A stretch of 64,000 nucleotides of DNA from Flaccisagitta enflata (Eukaryota). The notes under the pieces were generated by a model that had not been told where the DNA came from, ran no database searches, and saw nothing but the letters and a program-made list of their open reading frames with translations. The DNA lies in NCBI GenBank assembly GCA_965153355.1, contig OZ231126.1:45136001-45200000 (forward strand), in the 5' to 3' direction. Shown piece after piece: positions 13,167 to 23,336 of the stretch. The first letter of the stretch is position 1. Each line of letters begins with the position of its first letter. Position numbers and translations under genes: made by a program.

Positions 13167-13718
13167 TGTAAAGAACCGTAGAAAATACTGTCTCGTACCG
13201 TCGTTAGGATCTTGCCGTCCACGCAACTTCCGATTGAAGACGCCACTTCCGGTATGAATACGCCATCGCTACGCCAATCACGCCGACAACGTCACTTCCG
13301 GTGGCGCTGGTCCCATTGTCAGTCTGTGGATGCTATCTCTAATCACTAGGTAAGAAAGTGTATTTAAACTATTATGTACAGAAAGAGAAAGAAGGAGAAA
13401 CAGAAGAGAGGGGGGGGAAGGATTGGTTATTGTCTACCAACTAACTAGCTAGTGTGTATCATCAATAACTACCTCAATCAATTCAATCAATTGTCAACAA
13501 ATGCAGCCAAGCACACTCACCACAGGTTCCACTGTAATCCCCAAAGTGCTTCCAGGTTGAATTGCTTGTTAAAATACACTGACCAACCGAAAGAAAGAAT
13601 GCATCCAGATAATCAAATATATCATCACAAGCAAATGAATAGCAACGCCAACGAAAGGACAACGAAACAGATCGCAGCACAAAGGCGCCAAATGCCAAAA
13701 CATCAACGATATTCCACA
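13167..13718 (-). repeat. 3' LTR of the BEL/Pao element
   Basis: Direct repeat of 22785-23336; preceded on the sense strand by a G-rich polypurine tract. Confidence 0.97.
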
Positions 13719-13731
13719 GTCCCCCCGTTGG
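13719..13731 (-). other. Polypurine tract (plus-strand primer site)
   Basis: Sense CCAACGGGGGGAC directly abuts the TG of the 3' LTR. Confidence 0.8.
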
Positions 13732-13851
13732 AATCCCATTCCAACCTAGTCACACCGTCCTGCCTCAAAAAAAAAACGAGGAGAGACCAAGGATGAAGTC
13801 ACCTGAAATGAGCGGACGAACGGACGGCGAAAGGAGCGGCGCGAGACGCGC

Positions 13852-14781
13852 CTAGCGACGCGAAGGCGCCGCGCCACGCTGTCCTTGTGGCTGCGGAGCG
13901 CGCTGCGCGTCAGGATCCGCGGCAGGCGGCTGCTGATACCGCTGCTGCTGCTGATGCCCTTGACGCTGACCACCGCGTCCGTGGTGTCGAGGGCGAGACG
14001 CTGACGGCGAGGAGGTGGCAACAGGCGCCATCGCTTCAGTCGCCGCAGTTCGCCCGAGAAGACAAACCCCGCGAAAAAAGTCTTCAAAACTCGACGGGGG
14101 GGTTGAAAAAGACGCGTTAGGGAGGAAGGGGGTTGCCTCCCTGTAACGCCTTGACAAGTCTTCGTCATCAAGAGTTTGATTTGACCGAAATCCGCCGTGG
14201 TCGCGGCGCCAGCCTCCACGGCCGCGGCCATTACCACGGCCAGTTCCACGGCCAGCTTGCCGATGTTGTCTTTGAGGGTTGGGGGACGGCGCCGGTGGGG
14301 GGATGGATGAATCTGCCGCCGAAGCGGCAGCCATCGCCTTCCCCCCCTCCGAATGCTTCCCCTTTCCTTTCTTTGAAGAGGATGAAGAAGACGACGTCGG
14401 TGGGTCGGCCTTTGGGGTGACCACAGGAACTCCCCCGGCAGCACCCTCCTCCTCCTGCTTCTTCTTCTTCTTGGAGGGCTTTTCCCTCTCCTTCCTTTCC
14501 TTCGCCTTTTCCTTCATCTCCTTTTCCAACTCCTCCATCTCCCGCTGCATCCCTTCCAACTTCTCCTTCTTCTCCCGCTCAACCTCCGCCTTCACCTCTT
14601 CCATCTGCTTCCTCTTCTCCTCAATCTGCTCCTTCAACCCATCTCTCTCCTCCTTATATTCCAGCTGCCTCTTCCTCCTATTCTCCCTAAACTTCATGTT
14701 CTTCTTCTTCTGCCTCTCCTGCTTCTTCGTCCACCCCCTCTGCTCCCCTTCCTCCTCATCCTCAACTCCTCCCCCCCCTGC
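13852..14781 (-). CDS. Extra ORF3b: Lys/Glu coiled coil, RG-rich and Gln-rich regions
   Basis: Same frame as ORF3a, separated only by TAG at 14784-14782; first ATG 14697; contains EKRKQMEEVKAEVEREKKEK, GRGTGRGNGRGRGGW and QQQQRYQQP. Confidence 0.65.
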   Translation of the reverse strand, partial: AGGGGVEDEEEGEQRGWTKKQERQKKKNMKFRENRRKRQLEYKEERDGLKEQIEEKRKQMEEVKAEVEREKKEKLEGMQREMEELEKEMKEKAKERKEREKPSKKKKKQEEEGAAGGVPVVTPKADPPTSSSSSSSKKGKGKHSEGGKAMAAASAADSSIPPPAPSPNPQRQHRQAGRGTGRGNGRGRGGWRRDHGGFRSNQTLDDEDLSRRYREATPFLPNASFSTPPSSFEDFFRGVCLLGRTAATEAMAPVATSSPSASRPRHHGRGGQRQGHQQQQRYQQPPAADPDAQRAPQPQGQRGAAPSRR

Positions 14782-15919
14782 CTACGCACCACCACGTCTT
14801 CCGCTTCCAAGTCCGGCTCCGGCCCACATTCGCCACTGCCCTGCACGCCACTCAGGAAGGAGAGGGCACCCCCACAATTGATTGGGCATCCTCACTGCCC
14901 TCTCTGGCCCTGCGTCACCCCTCGAATTCCACACCATCTCTCTCTTCCTCCACCTATCCATCTCCGCCGTCAACAAACCGTCCAACTCCGCGATCCTCAG
15001 CTTCCCCTTCCTCCTCTTCGCGTCCTCCGTCGCCACCGCCTCCTTAAACCTCACCACCACCTCATGCTCCTCCATCGCCGAGTCGCCGCGCAAACACGGC
15101 CACCGCGGCGGCTCCCTCGTCTCCGGCTCCCACAGCCCGTACGCCGTACACACCCCCGGCTTCTTCGCAAACCTCCGCATCGCCATCTTCACCTGCCCCT
15201 GACTACACCACAACAACACCGACAGGTGACGCAGGCGTGAGCCCATCGCATGGCCGATCTTGTAAATGTCGAAGCCATCTTCGACTAGGACCCAGTCCAT
15301 TTCGCCATCGACCTTAATCAGTTGGGCCACGTAAACGTTGGGGTAGCGCTTCTGACCGACATGGAAGAGCACCAGGACCGCCAAATTGGAGGCCATGATG
15401 TCCCTCTGCGCCTCGGTCGAGAATTGCCACTCATCGAATTCTTCCGTCAATGCGTTGGAACCTCTACACATCCGGAAGGATCCCACCATGTCCGCTACTT
15501 CCGTCCTGCTCTTCTTCTTCCTCTCCCCATCCTTCTCCACCGCCACCGCCACCTGCGGACCCCCTGGCAACAACAACTCGTCATTCCTATACTCCACCGG
15601 CACCTCCTCCGACTCCACCCTCCTCGGCTCCATCGCCTCGTCCTCCATCTGCACCAAATCAAACTCATATCCTCCTCCCAGCCCCTCCTCACACTCCTCC
15701 CCGGTCACACTAACATGGTGGGATGACATTCTCTCCGGATGCGGCGTCCACAACGATTGACAATTGTAAAAGAGATTGTCTTTTAGCGTGTTGACAATTT
15801 TTAGTGAATCTTTCTTAAAATCCTTCAAGCAAAGGGGCAAAAATACAAGTGCAAATTCAAAGAAATATGGCAAAAACATGGGGACTGGGGCGGGTTGGGG
15901 GGGCACGAGGGAAACACAC
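14782..15919 (-). CDS. Extra ORF3a of the retrotransposon, unknown function
   Basis: Sense ORF of about 380 codons after the integrase stop. Start is either a splice acceptor at 15920/15919 or an internal ATG at 15729. Acidic N-terminal part, then a globular-looking mixed domain. Confidence 0.7.
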
Positions 15920-15984
15920 CTAAGGAAAAAGGGGCAAAGATAACAAGATATCAAAGACCAATTGAAGCAATATACTCGGCATAG

Positions 15985-17138
15985 TCACGCCGATAAACGC
16001 GCCGGGTCAAGTTCCAATCGGACTACTTTGCTCCTATCACGTGTGAATGTCTTCCCATTCGCCGTCCTCACCACCACAGTCCGTACGACGTCGCCTCCAT
16101 CGACTTCCGTGATGACGCCGGTGCGCCAATCTCCCCGTCGACACTGATCATCCACCATGAGAACGACGTCGTCAATTTCCAAATCTTTCTCCACCCGGCG
16201 CCATTTTGGTCGCGCCTGCAAGGCCGAGACATAGTCTCTTTTCCACCTTCTCCAAAACGCATCAGCAATTGCGCGTGATTGGCGCCAAGTATATCGAAGC
16301 GCTTCTGCATCTGGAGGCGAGGGGGGCACAAGGTCGCAACCGGAAGACGCGTATACTCCAGGGCAAAGAAAGTCTATTGGCCGCAAAGCCTGGATCCCCG
16401 GCTCATCACCTACATAGGTAATCGGCCGCGAATTCATGGCCAGCTCTGCCTGGGCCAATACTGTTGCAAAAGTCTCGATGTGGAGATTGTCTTGGTTCAG
16501 TACGAACGCCAAATGTCTTTTTGCAGATTGAACCAAGCGCTCCCATACTCCACCTCGATGTGGTGCAACAGGCGGGTTAAATGTCCATTGTATGCCCGTC
16601 AGCCTTAATTCGGGTTTCGCGGACAAATTCCATGCCTCCATTTCCGCGCGCAGTTCTTTGTCAGACGCGGTGAAGTTGGTGCCATTGTCCGAATACAAAT
16701 GGCGAATCGCTGGGCGGCGAGCTTGAAACCGCAAGAGGGCGCCGACGAAGCAAGAGGCGCTCATGGATCTCAATATCTCGAAATGCACCGCGCGGCACGC
16801 AAGGCAGGTAAAAAGCGCGACGTACACTTTGTGAGATGCTCTCCCGGCGATTTTGCAAGAAGCAGGTCCAAAAACATCCACCCCCGTATTCCCAAAGGGC
16901 AAACACTTTTTAGTCCTCACTTCCGGTAGTGGTGCCATCAGCTGACTTTCTGGGCGTTTAAATTGTTTTGACACTCCACACACGCGCCACGACGCGCGTC
17001 CACAGACCGGCGTCCTTTCGTGATCCAAAAGCGGCGTCGCGATTCACCCAGTACTTGTTCCACGCCGGCGTGCAGCTGACTGAAGTGGATTGACCGGATC
17101 AAGCATGCGTCGGCCTCGCCATCGTGTAGGAGTATCAT
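15985..17138 (-). CDS. pol: Pol: integrase (zinc finger plus DDE core), frameshifted
   Basis: HFSQLHAGV...RFWI...CVEC in 17138-16938, then PFGNTGVDVFGP, FTCLACRAVHFE, SDNGTNF, PPVAPHRGGVWERLV in 17028-15985. Confidence 0.93.
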
Positions 17139-20004
17139 TTTTTAGCGTCAAGTCCAATTCCTCGTCACGCTGGAGTCGTCCTCTGCATCGTAGCAAACCG
17201 GCGTCGTCAACGAAGGGGCATAACGCCGCCAGAGGCGATTTTGCGGCGACTTTTTTAGCTCCAACCGGATCACATTGTTGCAGGGATTTAATTTCCGCGT
17301 GGAAGGCTTGGGATTGAATGGCGCTGACGATCAATTTTTCGGCGTCGGCCAATTCGACGCCGGTGGGCGCCCCAACTTTGTCGGCGTCGTTGTATAACGC
17401 CCGGCGTCGATTGCGGATGATGCACATCATGATCGTGCGTTTCAGCAGTGCGATGCGCCTCAATTTTCCCGTCCACGTCGCCACCTTCTCGCTGACGCGA
17501 ATCACCCACGATTGAGGCGGCGTTCTTTTCGGCGTCGCCGTCGTCGCGAGGATGTGAGCGGGAAATGGGCGTGTCACGATCTGCTTTTCCGGCCATTCGT
17601 CTTCGCCTCGCCATAGATAATCCGGGCCGTTGTGGAATTTGCCCCAATTTGGATCTTGGGCGAGCATCCCTTTGGACGAGTAGTCGGCTGGGTTGAGGTG
17701 GGTTGGTACCCACCTCCACTCCTCCACCTTCGTAAGCGCCTGAATTTCAGAGAGACGATTTGCAAAGTAAACCTTGAACCTTGTTTCAGTGTCATTCAAT
17801 TGCTTTATTACACATTCTGAATCGGTCCAATTTACATAACCATCATAACTCCCTGTTTCTTCAATAATGGTGGCGCGCATTCTGGCTGCGAGGCGTGCCG
17901 CTTGAAGCTCCAAGCGTGGCGTCGACTCCATGTGACCCGCTTCCACATCCTTCAGTGGGACGACGTGCGACTTGGAGCAGACGATGGACACGTGGATTTC
18001 GCCATTTGGACCCTCGTAGCGGACGTAGTACACGGCCCCATACGCCCGTCCACTCGCATCCGAATACCCGTGGAGGACCTTCCTGCCGTCTTGCGTTTCT
18101 GGCGTCGCCGTCCATCTCGTTATGCGGAATGACTCCAAGAACCTGAAGCTTGCTTGCCATTCCACAAACTCGTTGAGGGATACGGTTGGAATGTCTTTGC
18201 TATCCCAACTTTCGAAGACGCGTAGTACTTTTTGCAGAATTAGCCTTGCCCAAATTACGAATGGCTCCAAAAAGCCCAGCGGGTCAAATATTGACGCTAT
18301 CAGTTTGAGCATTTGTCTTTTGGTCTGCACATTCAATTCGGCCTCCGATTTATCTGGCAAGAAGGAAAAAGCATCGGCAGAAAACGAGTATCTAAGGCCT
18401 AACAATTTCGTCGTGTCATCAGTGGCGCCGGATACATCCATTGGCGCCGCCGGCGCCGGATCCGTTGTATCGCCTTCAAGGACTTCCGGGTGGCTTGATC
18501 TCCATTTGCACAGATTCATGCCGGCGTCCTCAAGGGCGGCCGTGATGCCCACACGAAAGTCTTTCGCCACTTTGGTATTGCGCAGTGATTTTATTAGATC
18601 ATCAATGTACATGTTCCTCATCACTGCTTGCACCACGAGGGGGCCGTACTCAGCCGAATGCTGTTCCACGTGGTGTTGCAGAGTGAAGATCGCTACACAA
18701 TTTGATGATTTTGCACCGAAGACGTGGCCAAGGAACTCATTCAAGTCGATTTCTTCTATCTTTTCATCGCGAAACCAGTAGTAACGGAAGAGTCCCGCGT
18801 CGTCCTCGGTGACATAGATTTCATGGAAGTAGTCCTTAATGTCCGCGCCCACGGCGACAGGGCCTTCACACCGGAAGCGCATCAATACGCCTCTGATATC
18901 GTTGGCAAGCTGTGGCCCGTCCAGGAGCTGGTCGTTAAGGCTTGATCCACCCACTGCTGCTTTGCAATCGTGGCAGATGCGGACTTGCCCGGGCTTGCCG
19001 GGCTTGTCCGCCACATGGATTGGAATTGTCCATCTAGGTCGATCTGGTGGCATGTTGGCGTGCACATTTGGATCTATTTTCCTCACGCGCCCTTTTTCCC
19101 AGAATTTGGCCATAGTTTCGAACGTTATTCGGCGCCTCTCTGGGTCCCGCATTAATTGTTTTTTCAGGCGAAATAAGCGGTCTAGGGCCATCGTTGGGGA
19201 ATCCAAATTGTTTAGTGCATCGCAAGTTGCTTGCCTTCCACCTTTATGAAGGACTGGAGTCCGGTAGTGTTCCGTTTTCGGATCCCACCTAATGCCTTCC
19301 TTCATTTGGCGGATGGCAAACTTATCACTGAGAGACATTTCTCGCTTATTTTCGTCCACTTTTTCAAATTCACCGGCATTTATTCTTTTTATGGTTTTTG
19401 CCAAATCTGAATCAATGCTGTGAAAGGAAGCAAAATTGCAAACAAAATATCGCGAGTCAGTATTGTTTCTGGGGCCGATCAAGCCGGCGCCAAGTGGCGT
19501 GGAAATTCCCATGGGTAATCCCTCGGCGCCTTTGAATGTCTCTCCGCCGATCCAGATTCGAGCGTGTTCTGCGCCAATTATTACGCCGATAGAGCATCCG
19601 TCGTCGCCATCCGGAAACGCAGGAAATTCCAGGTCGACGAGATGCTCCATCCCGGCGGCATCCTCAGCGCGTGGTGGTCTGTCGTCCTTCGATGCAATTA
19701 TCTCCCCAAAGATGGCGTTGTTGAGAGTGATGCTGTAGCCGTTGGTGCCTTCAATCACCACATCTGCCACCTCCCTCTCTCCTTCCACCATCTTCTCAAG
19801 GGTGGTTATCGTCATCGTCGTTTTCCTCCCACTTAGTTTTAGTTTCTTACATAAGTCCTTCGACACGACGTGTCGGTTGGCGCCGCCATCCATCAACGCA
19901 AAAGTCTTAACTTTTCTTTCGCCGTTCGTTATGTACAGCGGCAAAATCAACCTCCACGCTCCGTCGTCGCCGCCAACTTTGAAGACGGAGATGCGGCGCC
20001 TCAT
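17044..20004 (-). CDS. pol: Pol: aspartic protease, reverse transcriptase, RNase H
   Basis: TFALMDGGA (protease), GADIKDYFHEI and MYIDD (RT), LHGYSDAS, TPRLELQAA, WTDS, NPADYSSKG (Pao RNase H). Confidence 0.95.
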   Translation of the reverse strand: MRRRISVFKVGGDDGAWRLILPLYITNGERKVKTFALMDGGANRHVVSKDLCKKLKLSGRKTTMTITTLEKMVEGEREVADVVIEGTNGYSITLNNAIFGEIIASKDDRPPRAEDAAGMEHLVDLEFPAFPDGDDGCSIGVIIGAEHARIWIGGETFKGAEGLPMGISTPLGAGLIGPRNNTDSRYFVCNFASFHSIDSDLAKTIKRINAGEFEKVDENKREMSLSDKFAIRQMKEGIRWDPKTEHYRTPVLHKGGRQATCDALNNLDSPTMALDRLFRLKKQLMRDPERRRITFETMAKFWEKGRVRKIDPNVHANMPPDRPRWTIPIHVADKPGKPGQVRICHDCKAAVGGSSLNDQLLDGPQLANDIRGVLMRFRCEGPVAVGADIKDYFHEIYVTEDDAGLFRYYWFRDEKIEEIDLNEFLGHVFGAKSSNCVAIFTLQHHVEQHSAEYGPLVVQAVMRNMYIDDLIKSLRNTKVAKDFRVGITAALEDAGMNLCKWRSSHPEVLEGDTTDPAPAAPMDVSGATDDTTKLLGLRYSFSADAFSFLPDKSEAELNVQTKRQMLKLIASIFDPLGFLEPFVIWARLILQKVLRVFESWDSKDIPTVSLNEFVEWQASFRFLESFRITRWTATPETQDGRKVLHGYSDASGRAYGAVYYVRYEGPNGEIHVSIVCSKSHVVPLKDVEAGHMESTPRLELQAARLAARMRATIIEETGSYDGYVNWTDSECVIKQLNDTETRFKVYFANRLSEIQALTKVEEWRWVPTHLNPADYSSKGMLAQDPNWGKFHNGPDYLWRGEDEWPEKQIVTRPFPAHILATTATPKRTPPQSWVIRVSEKVATWTGKLRRIALLKRTIMMCIIRNRRRALYNDADKVGAPTGVELADAEKLIVSAIQSQAFHAEIKSLQQCDPVGAKKVAAKSPLAALCPFVDDAGLLRCRGRLQRDEELDLTLKNDTPTRWRGRRMLDPVNPLQSAARRRGTSTG

Positions 20005-20044
20005 GTCACGCAGTTTCGGATCCTTTATCGCGGCGTTTTTGTTA

Positions 20045-22689
20045 TCATCTGTTTGTTTCCCGCCGGGTTAGGTTCCGGATGCGCTGAAGGTGGTGGAAGC
20101 CGTTGCACTTGTCGCATGTGATCGTCGACGGACACGCCTTGGCGAGATGGCCTCCTTCAAGGCATCTGAAGCAGATGCCCAAGTTTTTGTTGAACTTCCG
20201 GCGGTCCGACGCGTTCATCTCGCTGTAAGTGGGGCAACTCGCTAGACCGTGTTTTCCGTCGCAACGAGGACAGAGGCCCGGCGTCGTTTTTGAAGCCGGC
20301 GTCAGCAACGCGTCCTTCTTTGCGGCGGCGTTGGCAGTCGTCGCGGAATCTTGGCCGATGCAGCGGGCTTGTTTTGATTGTTGTTGCGATGGTATCCTGA
20401 CAACATTTCAGAAATGGTTTGCTCTTCATCAATGAAATCAAGAAAGTCAGCAAATTTCAAATCTGAACCATTTTTCTTCCTATACCTCACAACTTTCTTT
20501 GCCAACTTATCTTTTAGGAAGGGAAGCTTCTTCTCGACGATTGTTTTGACCACCAACTTGTTCTCGAAGTGTCCGCCTTTTTTGTCTCGGTTGCAAACGA
20601 ATGGAGGGCGCTCATCAACTTGGGCGTAGAAATTGAGCATTCGTTGTGATCTTTTGGTGATCTTTTCCCTGCAACACCCGTCAAAAACATCTCAACGCGG
20701 TTCTTGGCGCATCCCGAACTAATCACATCTCCCAGCGCCTCGTCGGCGGCGGCCTCCGACTTCTTCAGCGTCTCCGCCTCGATCAGCTTGAAGGCCGATC
20801 CCTCAAACCAATGCTGCAACTCGTTCAGCATTTGCTTATTGGATACGCCCGGGATCTCCATCGCCTCGTTGAAGATCTTCCTTATCTTTTCAAAGTCCAT
20901 TCTTTTGGTCGTGTTTCCGGAGAATTTTGGCGGGTCTAGCTTCCTTTAGCTGGTGGATGGCCGTTTGCTTTAGCGCCGCCTCCAACTGTTGTCGCTGCAG
21001 TCGCAAAATGCTCGTCATTAACGTGTCTGAGACATTTGAAGCATAGCTGTTCGCACTGCTGGAAGCTATCGACGGCGCCTTCGAACGTGTTGACGATGAT
21101 CTTGACGCGATTGACAAGCGGCTGGGGCTTTTCACTTCCTGTGGATGTACCGTCGCCGATGTATCTGTCTTTGCCCCTGGCTTCTCGTCTTTCGTCTTGA
21201 TCTCTCTCTTTGTTCTTTCCTGTTCTCCTGATTCCATTTTCTTTGGCTTCACGTCACCCAATTTACGGAAAGGCATTGTCGGTGGTTTTTTGACCTCCGT
21301 CTTTGCCTCTTTTTCCCTTTGGGCCTTCGGCGTAAAAAGCTTCTTTTCGACTTTCGCAGTGGATCGGTAGCGATCTCTCTGGGATTGTGGCGTCTTCACC
21401 TCCTTCTTGGCCGTCGACGTCGGTCTCGACGTCACTCCATTCACCCACGCGCTCGTCAATGCATCCGGAGTTTCGCCACCGAATGCTGCACCTGCGGCGG
21501 TCATCTCCAATCCGGCGCCAGCATCCCTCGACTTTTCTCCCTCATCGACGGCGCCGCTTGCCGTTGACTGTTCGTCTTCGTTCGCCGCTATCAAGTCCTG
21601 CAGCTTCGCCGCGTTTTTGTCAATGTTGTCCATTTCTTTCTCATGGAGGGTTTTGTCGAGGTCCTTTTGCCTTTGTATGTCTTGGATAATGCTTTGATGA
21701 TACGCAATATCCGCGTCCGCTTGCGCGTCGTTGGATTTTATCCGTTCCTTCTCGGCTTCCCTTTTTCTCTGTCTGTCTTTCTCCACCTGCTGTGACATCA
21801 CCGTCGACGTTTTGCTCCTCTGGGATCCCTTTTTTGACGACCTCGTCGAGTGTGTCGTTGACCTGGCATTTTCTGCGTCGTCCTCGCGTTCGGGATCGGC
21901 ACGTGGAGCAACGGAGGCGGTCACACTTTGAGGTCTTTCGGCCTCTTTGTCTTTTTTGTTGGCCTCTGCCGCCTTCCGCCGTTCATCTTCAGCTAGTTGA
22001 AAACCGGGTGGAAGTGGTCGAGTCTTTGGCCGAGTGGAATCATCTGTTGTAAGCGCTGCCGCCGCCGCGGGGGGTGTTGCTGGAGGAGGAGGAGGAGGAG
22101 GATGTGACGGGTTTTGGCGTCTTTCTGGCGTCTGACTGCCGACTACGTTTCCAAGCGCTTTCTTTCCGGCAGTCACAGTCAATGATACTTTCTTTCTTAG
22201 TGAGTTCAACATCGACGCCGGTGGCGCCGTCTCCTTCGTCACTTCCGGTCTCTCCCTCCTTTCCTTTTCGCCTTCACCCTTCCCGCTCGTCCTGCTCTCG
22301 TGCAGCAGCGGCAATTCCCCTATCGCCCCGACGTCCTCCGCCGGGTCGTCAACAGTCTCGTCGACGTCCCCTGCCGATTGCGTCTTGAAGTGGGATTCGA
22401 GCGTTATTTTGTATCGAACCATGTCTTGCATCAATTGACCGGCCATTTCCCTGGCGTTAGGCTCGTCCTCAATTTTGCAGGCATTGTATTCGTCTAAACG
22501 CTTCTCGTAGAGGTCACAGAATGCGTCGCTTTTTAAGTTCAATTCGGTTTGCGCCTCTTCCGACGGTGTTTTTGTCGCGTGGTCGAGGGCAACCGTCATT
22601 GAATTAAAGCTTTTCTCCAATTCTCGCCTCACGTGTGCAACGATGCGCAGGTCCCATACCGTGGCTTCGATCGGTCTGATGTTCGCCAT
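20045..22689 (-). CDS. gag: BEL/Pao Gag region, split by frameshifts
   Basis: 599-aa ORF 22689-20890 continues through pieces 20900-20514, 20640-20302 and 20308-20045; ends in CPRCDGKHGLASC / CFRCLEGGHLAKAC / CDKCNGFHH knuckles typical of BEL/Pao. Confidence 0.88.
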
Positions 22690-22774
22690 GGTATCTGGTG
22701 TTACCTACGTGTTGTGCTCATGTATAGTAGGGGGAAATGATATAGGGTTAGCAATTTTTACCAGCGGCTTTGGT

Positions 22775-22784
22775 GTTTAAATAC
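22775..22784 (-). promoter_or_regulatory. Non-tRNA primer-binding site, candidate self-priming PBS
   Basis: Sense GTATTTAAAC directly after the 5' LTR, no TGG; exact reverse complement of LTR sense GTTTAAATAC at 22987-22978. Confidence 0.6.
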
Positions 22785-23336
22785 TGTAAAGAACCGTAGA
22801 AAATACTGTCTCGTACCGTCGTTAGGATCTTGCCGTCCACGCAACTTCCGATTGAAGACGCCACTTCCGGTATGAATACGCCATCGCTACGCCAATCACG
22901 CCGACAATGTCACTTCCGGTGGCGCTGGTCCCATCGTCAGTCTGTGGATGCTATCTCTAATCACTAGGTAAGAAAGTGTATTTAAACTATTATGTACAGA
23001 AAGAGAAAGAAGGAGAAACAGAAGAGAGGGGGGGGAAGGATTGGTTAATGTCTACCAACTAACTAGCTAGTGTGTATCATCAATAACTACCTCAATCAAT
23101 TCAATCAATTGTCAACAAATGCAGCCAAGCACACTCACCACAGGTTCCACTGTAATCCCCAAAGTGCTTCCAGGTTTAATTGCTTGTTAAAATACACTGA
23201 CCAACCGAAAGAAAGAATGCATCCAGATAATCAAATATATCATCACAAGCAAATTAATAGCAACGCCAACGAAAGGACAACGAAACAGATCGCAGCACAA
23301 AGGCGCCAAATGCCAAAACATCAACGATATTCCACA
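22785..23336 (-). repeat. 5' LTR of the BEL/Pao element
   Basis: Direct repeat of 13167-13718 with about 5 substitutions counted by eye; sense reads TGTGGAAT...CTTTACA. Confidence 0.97.

Larger units (their letters stand above)
13167..23336 (-). mobile_element. Full-length BEL/Pao LTR retrotransposon
   Basis: Two 552-bp direct repeats with TG...CA ends; 5-bp TSD GATAT at 13162-13166 and 23337-23341; internal gag, three Cys/His zinc knuckles, PR-RT-RH-IN order with Pao-type motifs. Confidence 0.97.

Noticed and set aside
12934-13796. ORFs 12934-13257, 13452-13796 and 23070-23363
   Set aside because: They overlap or lie within the LTRs, antisense to the element; the near-identical pair simply reflects the LTR duplication.
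13746-14444. 232-aa alternative-frame ORF overlapping ORF3b
   Set aside because: No ATG start and Arg/Pro-rich composition expected from a shifted GC-rich frame; cannot be supported without conservation data.
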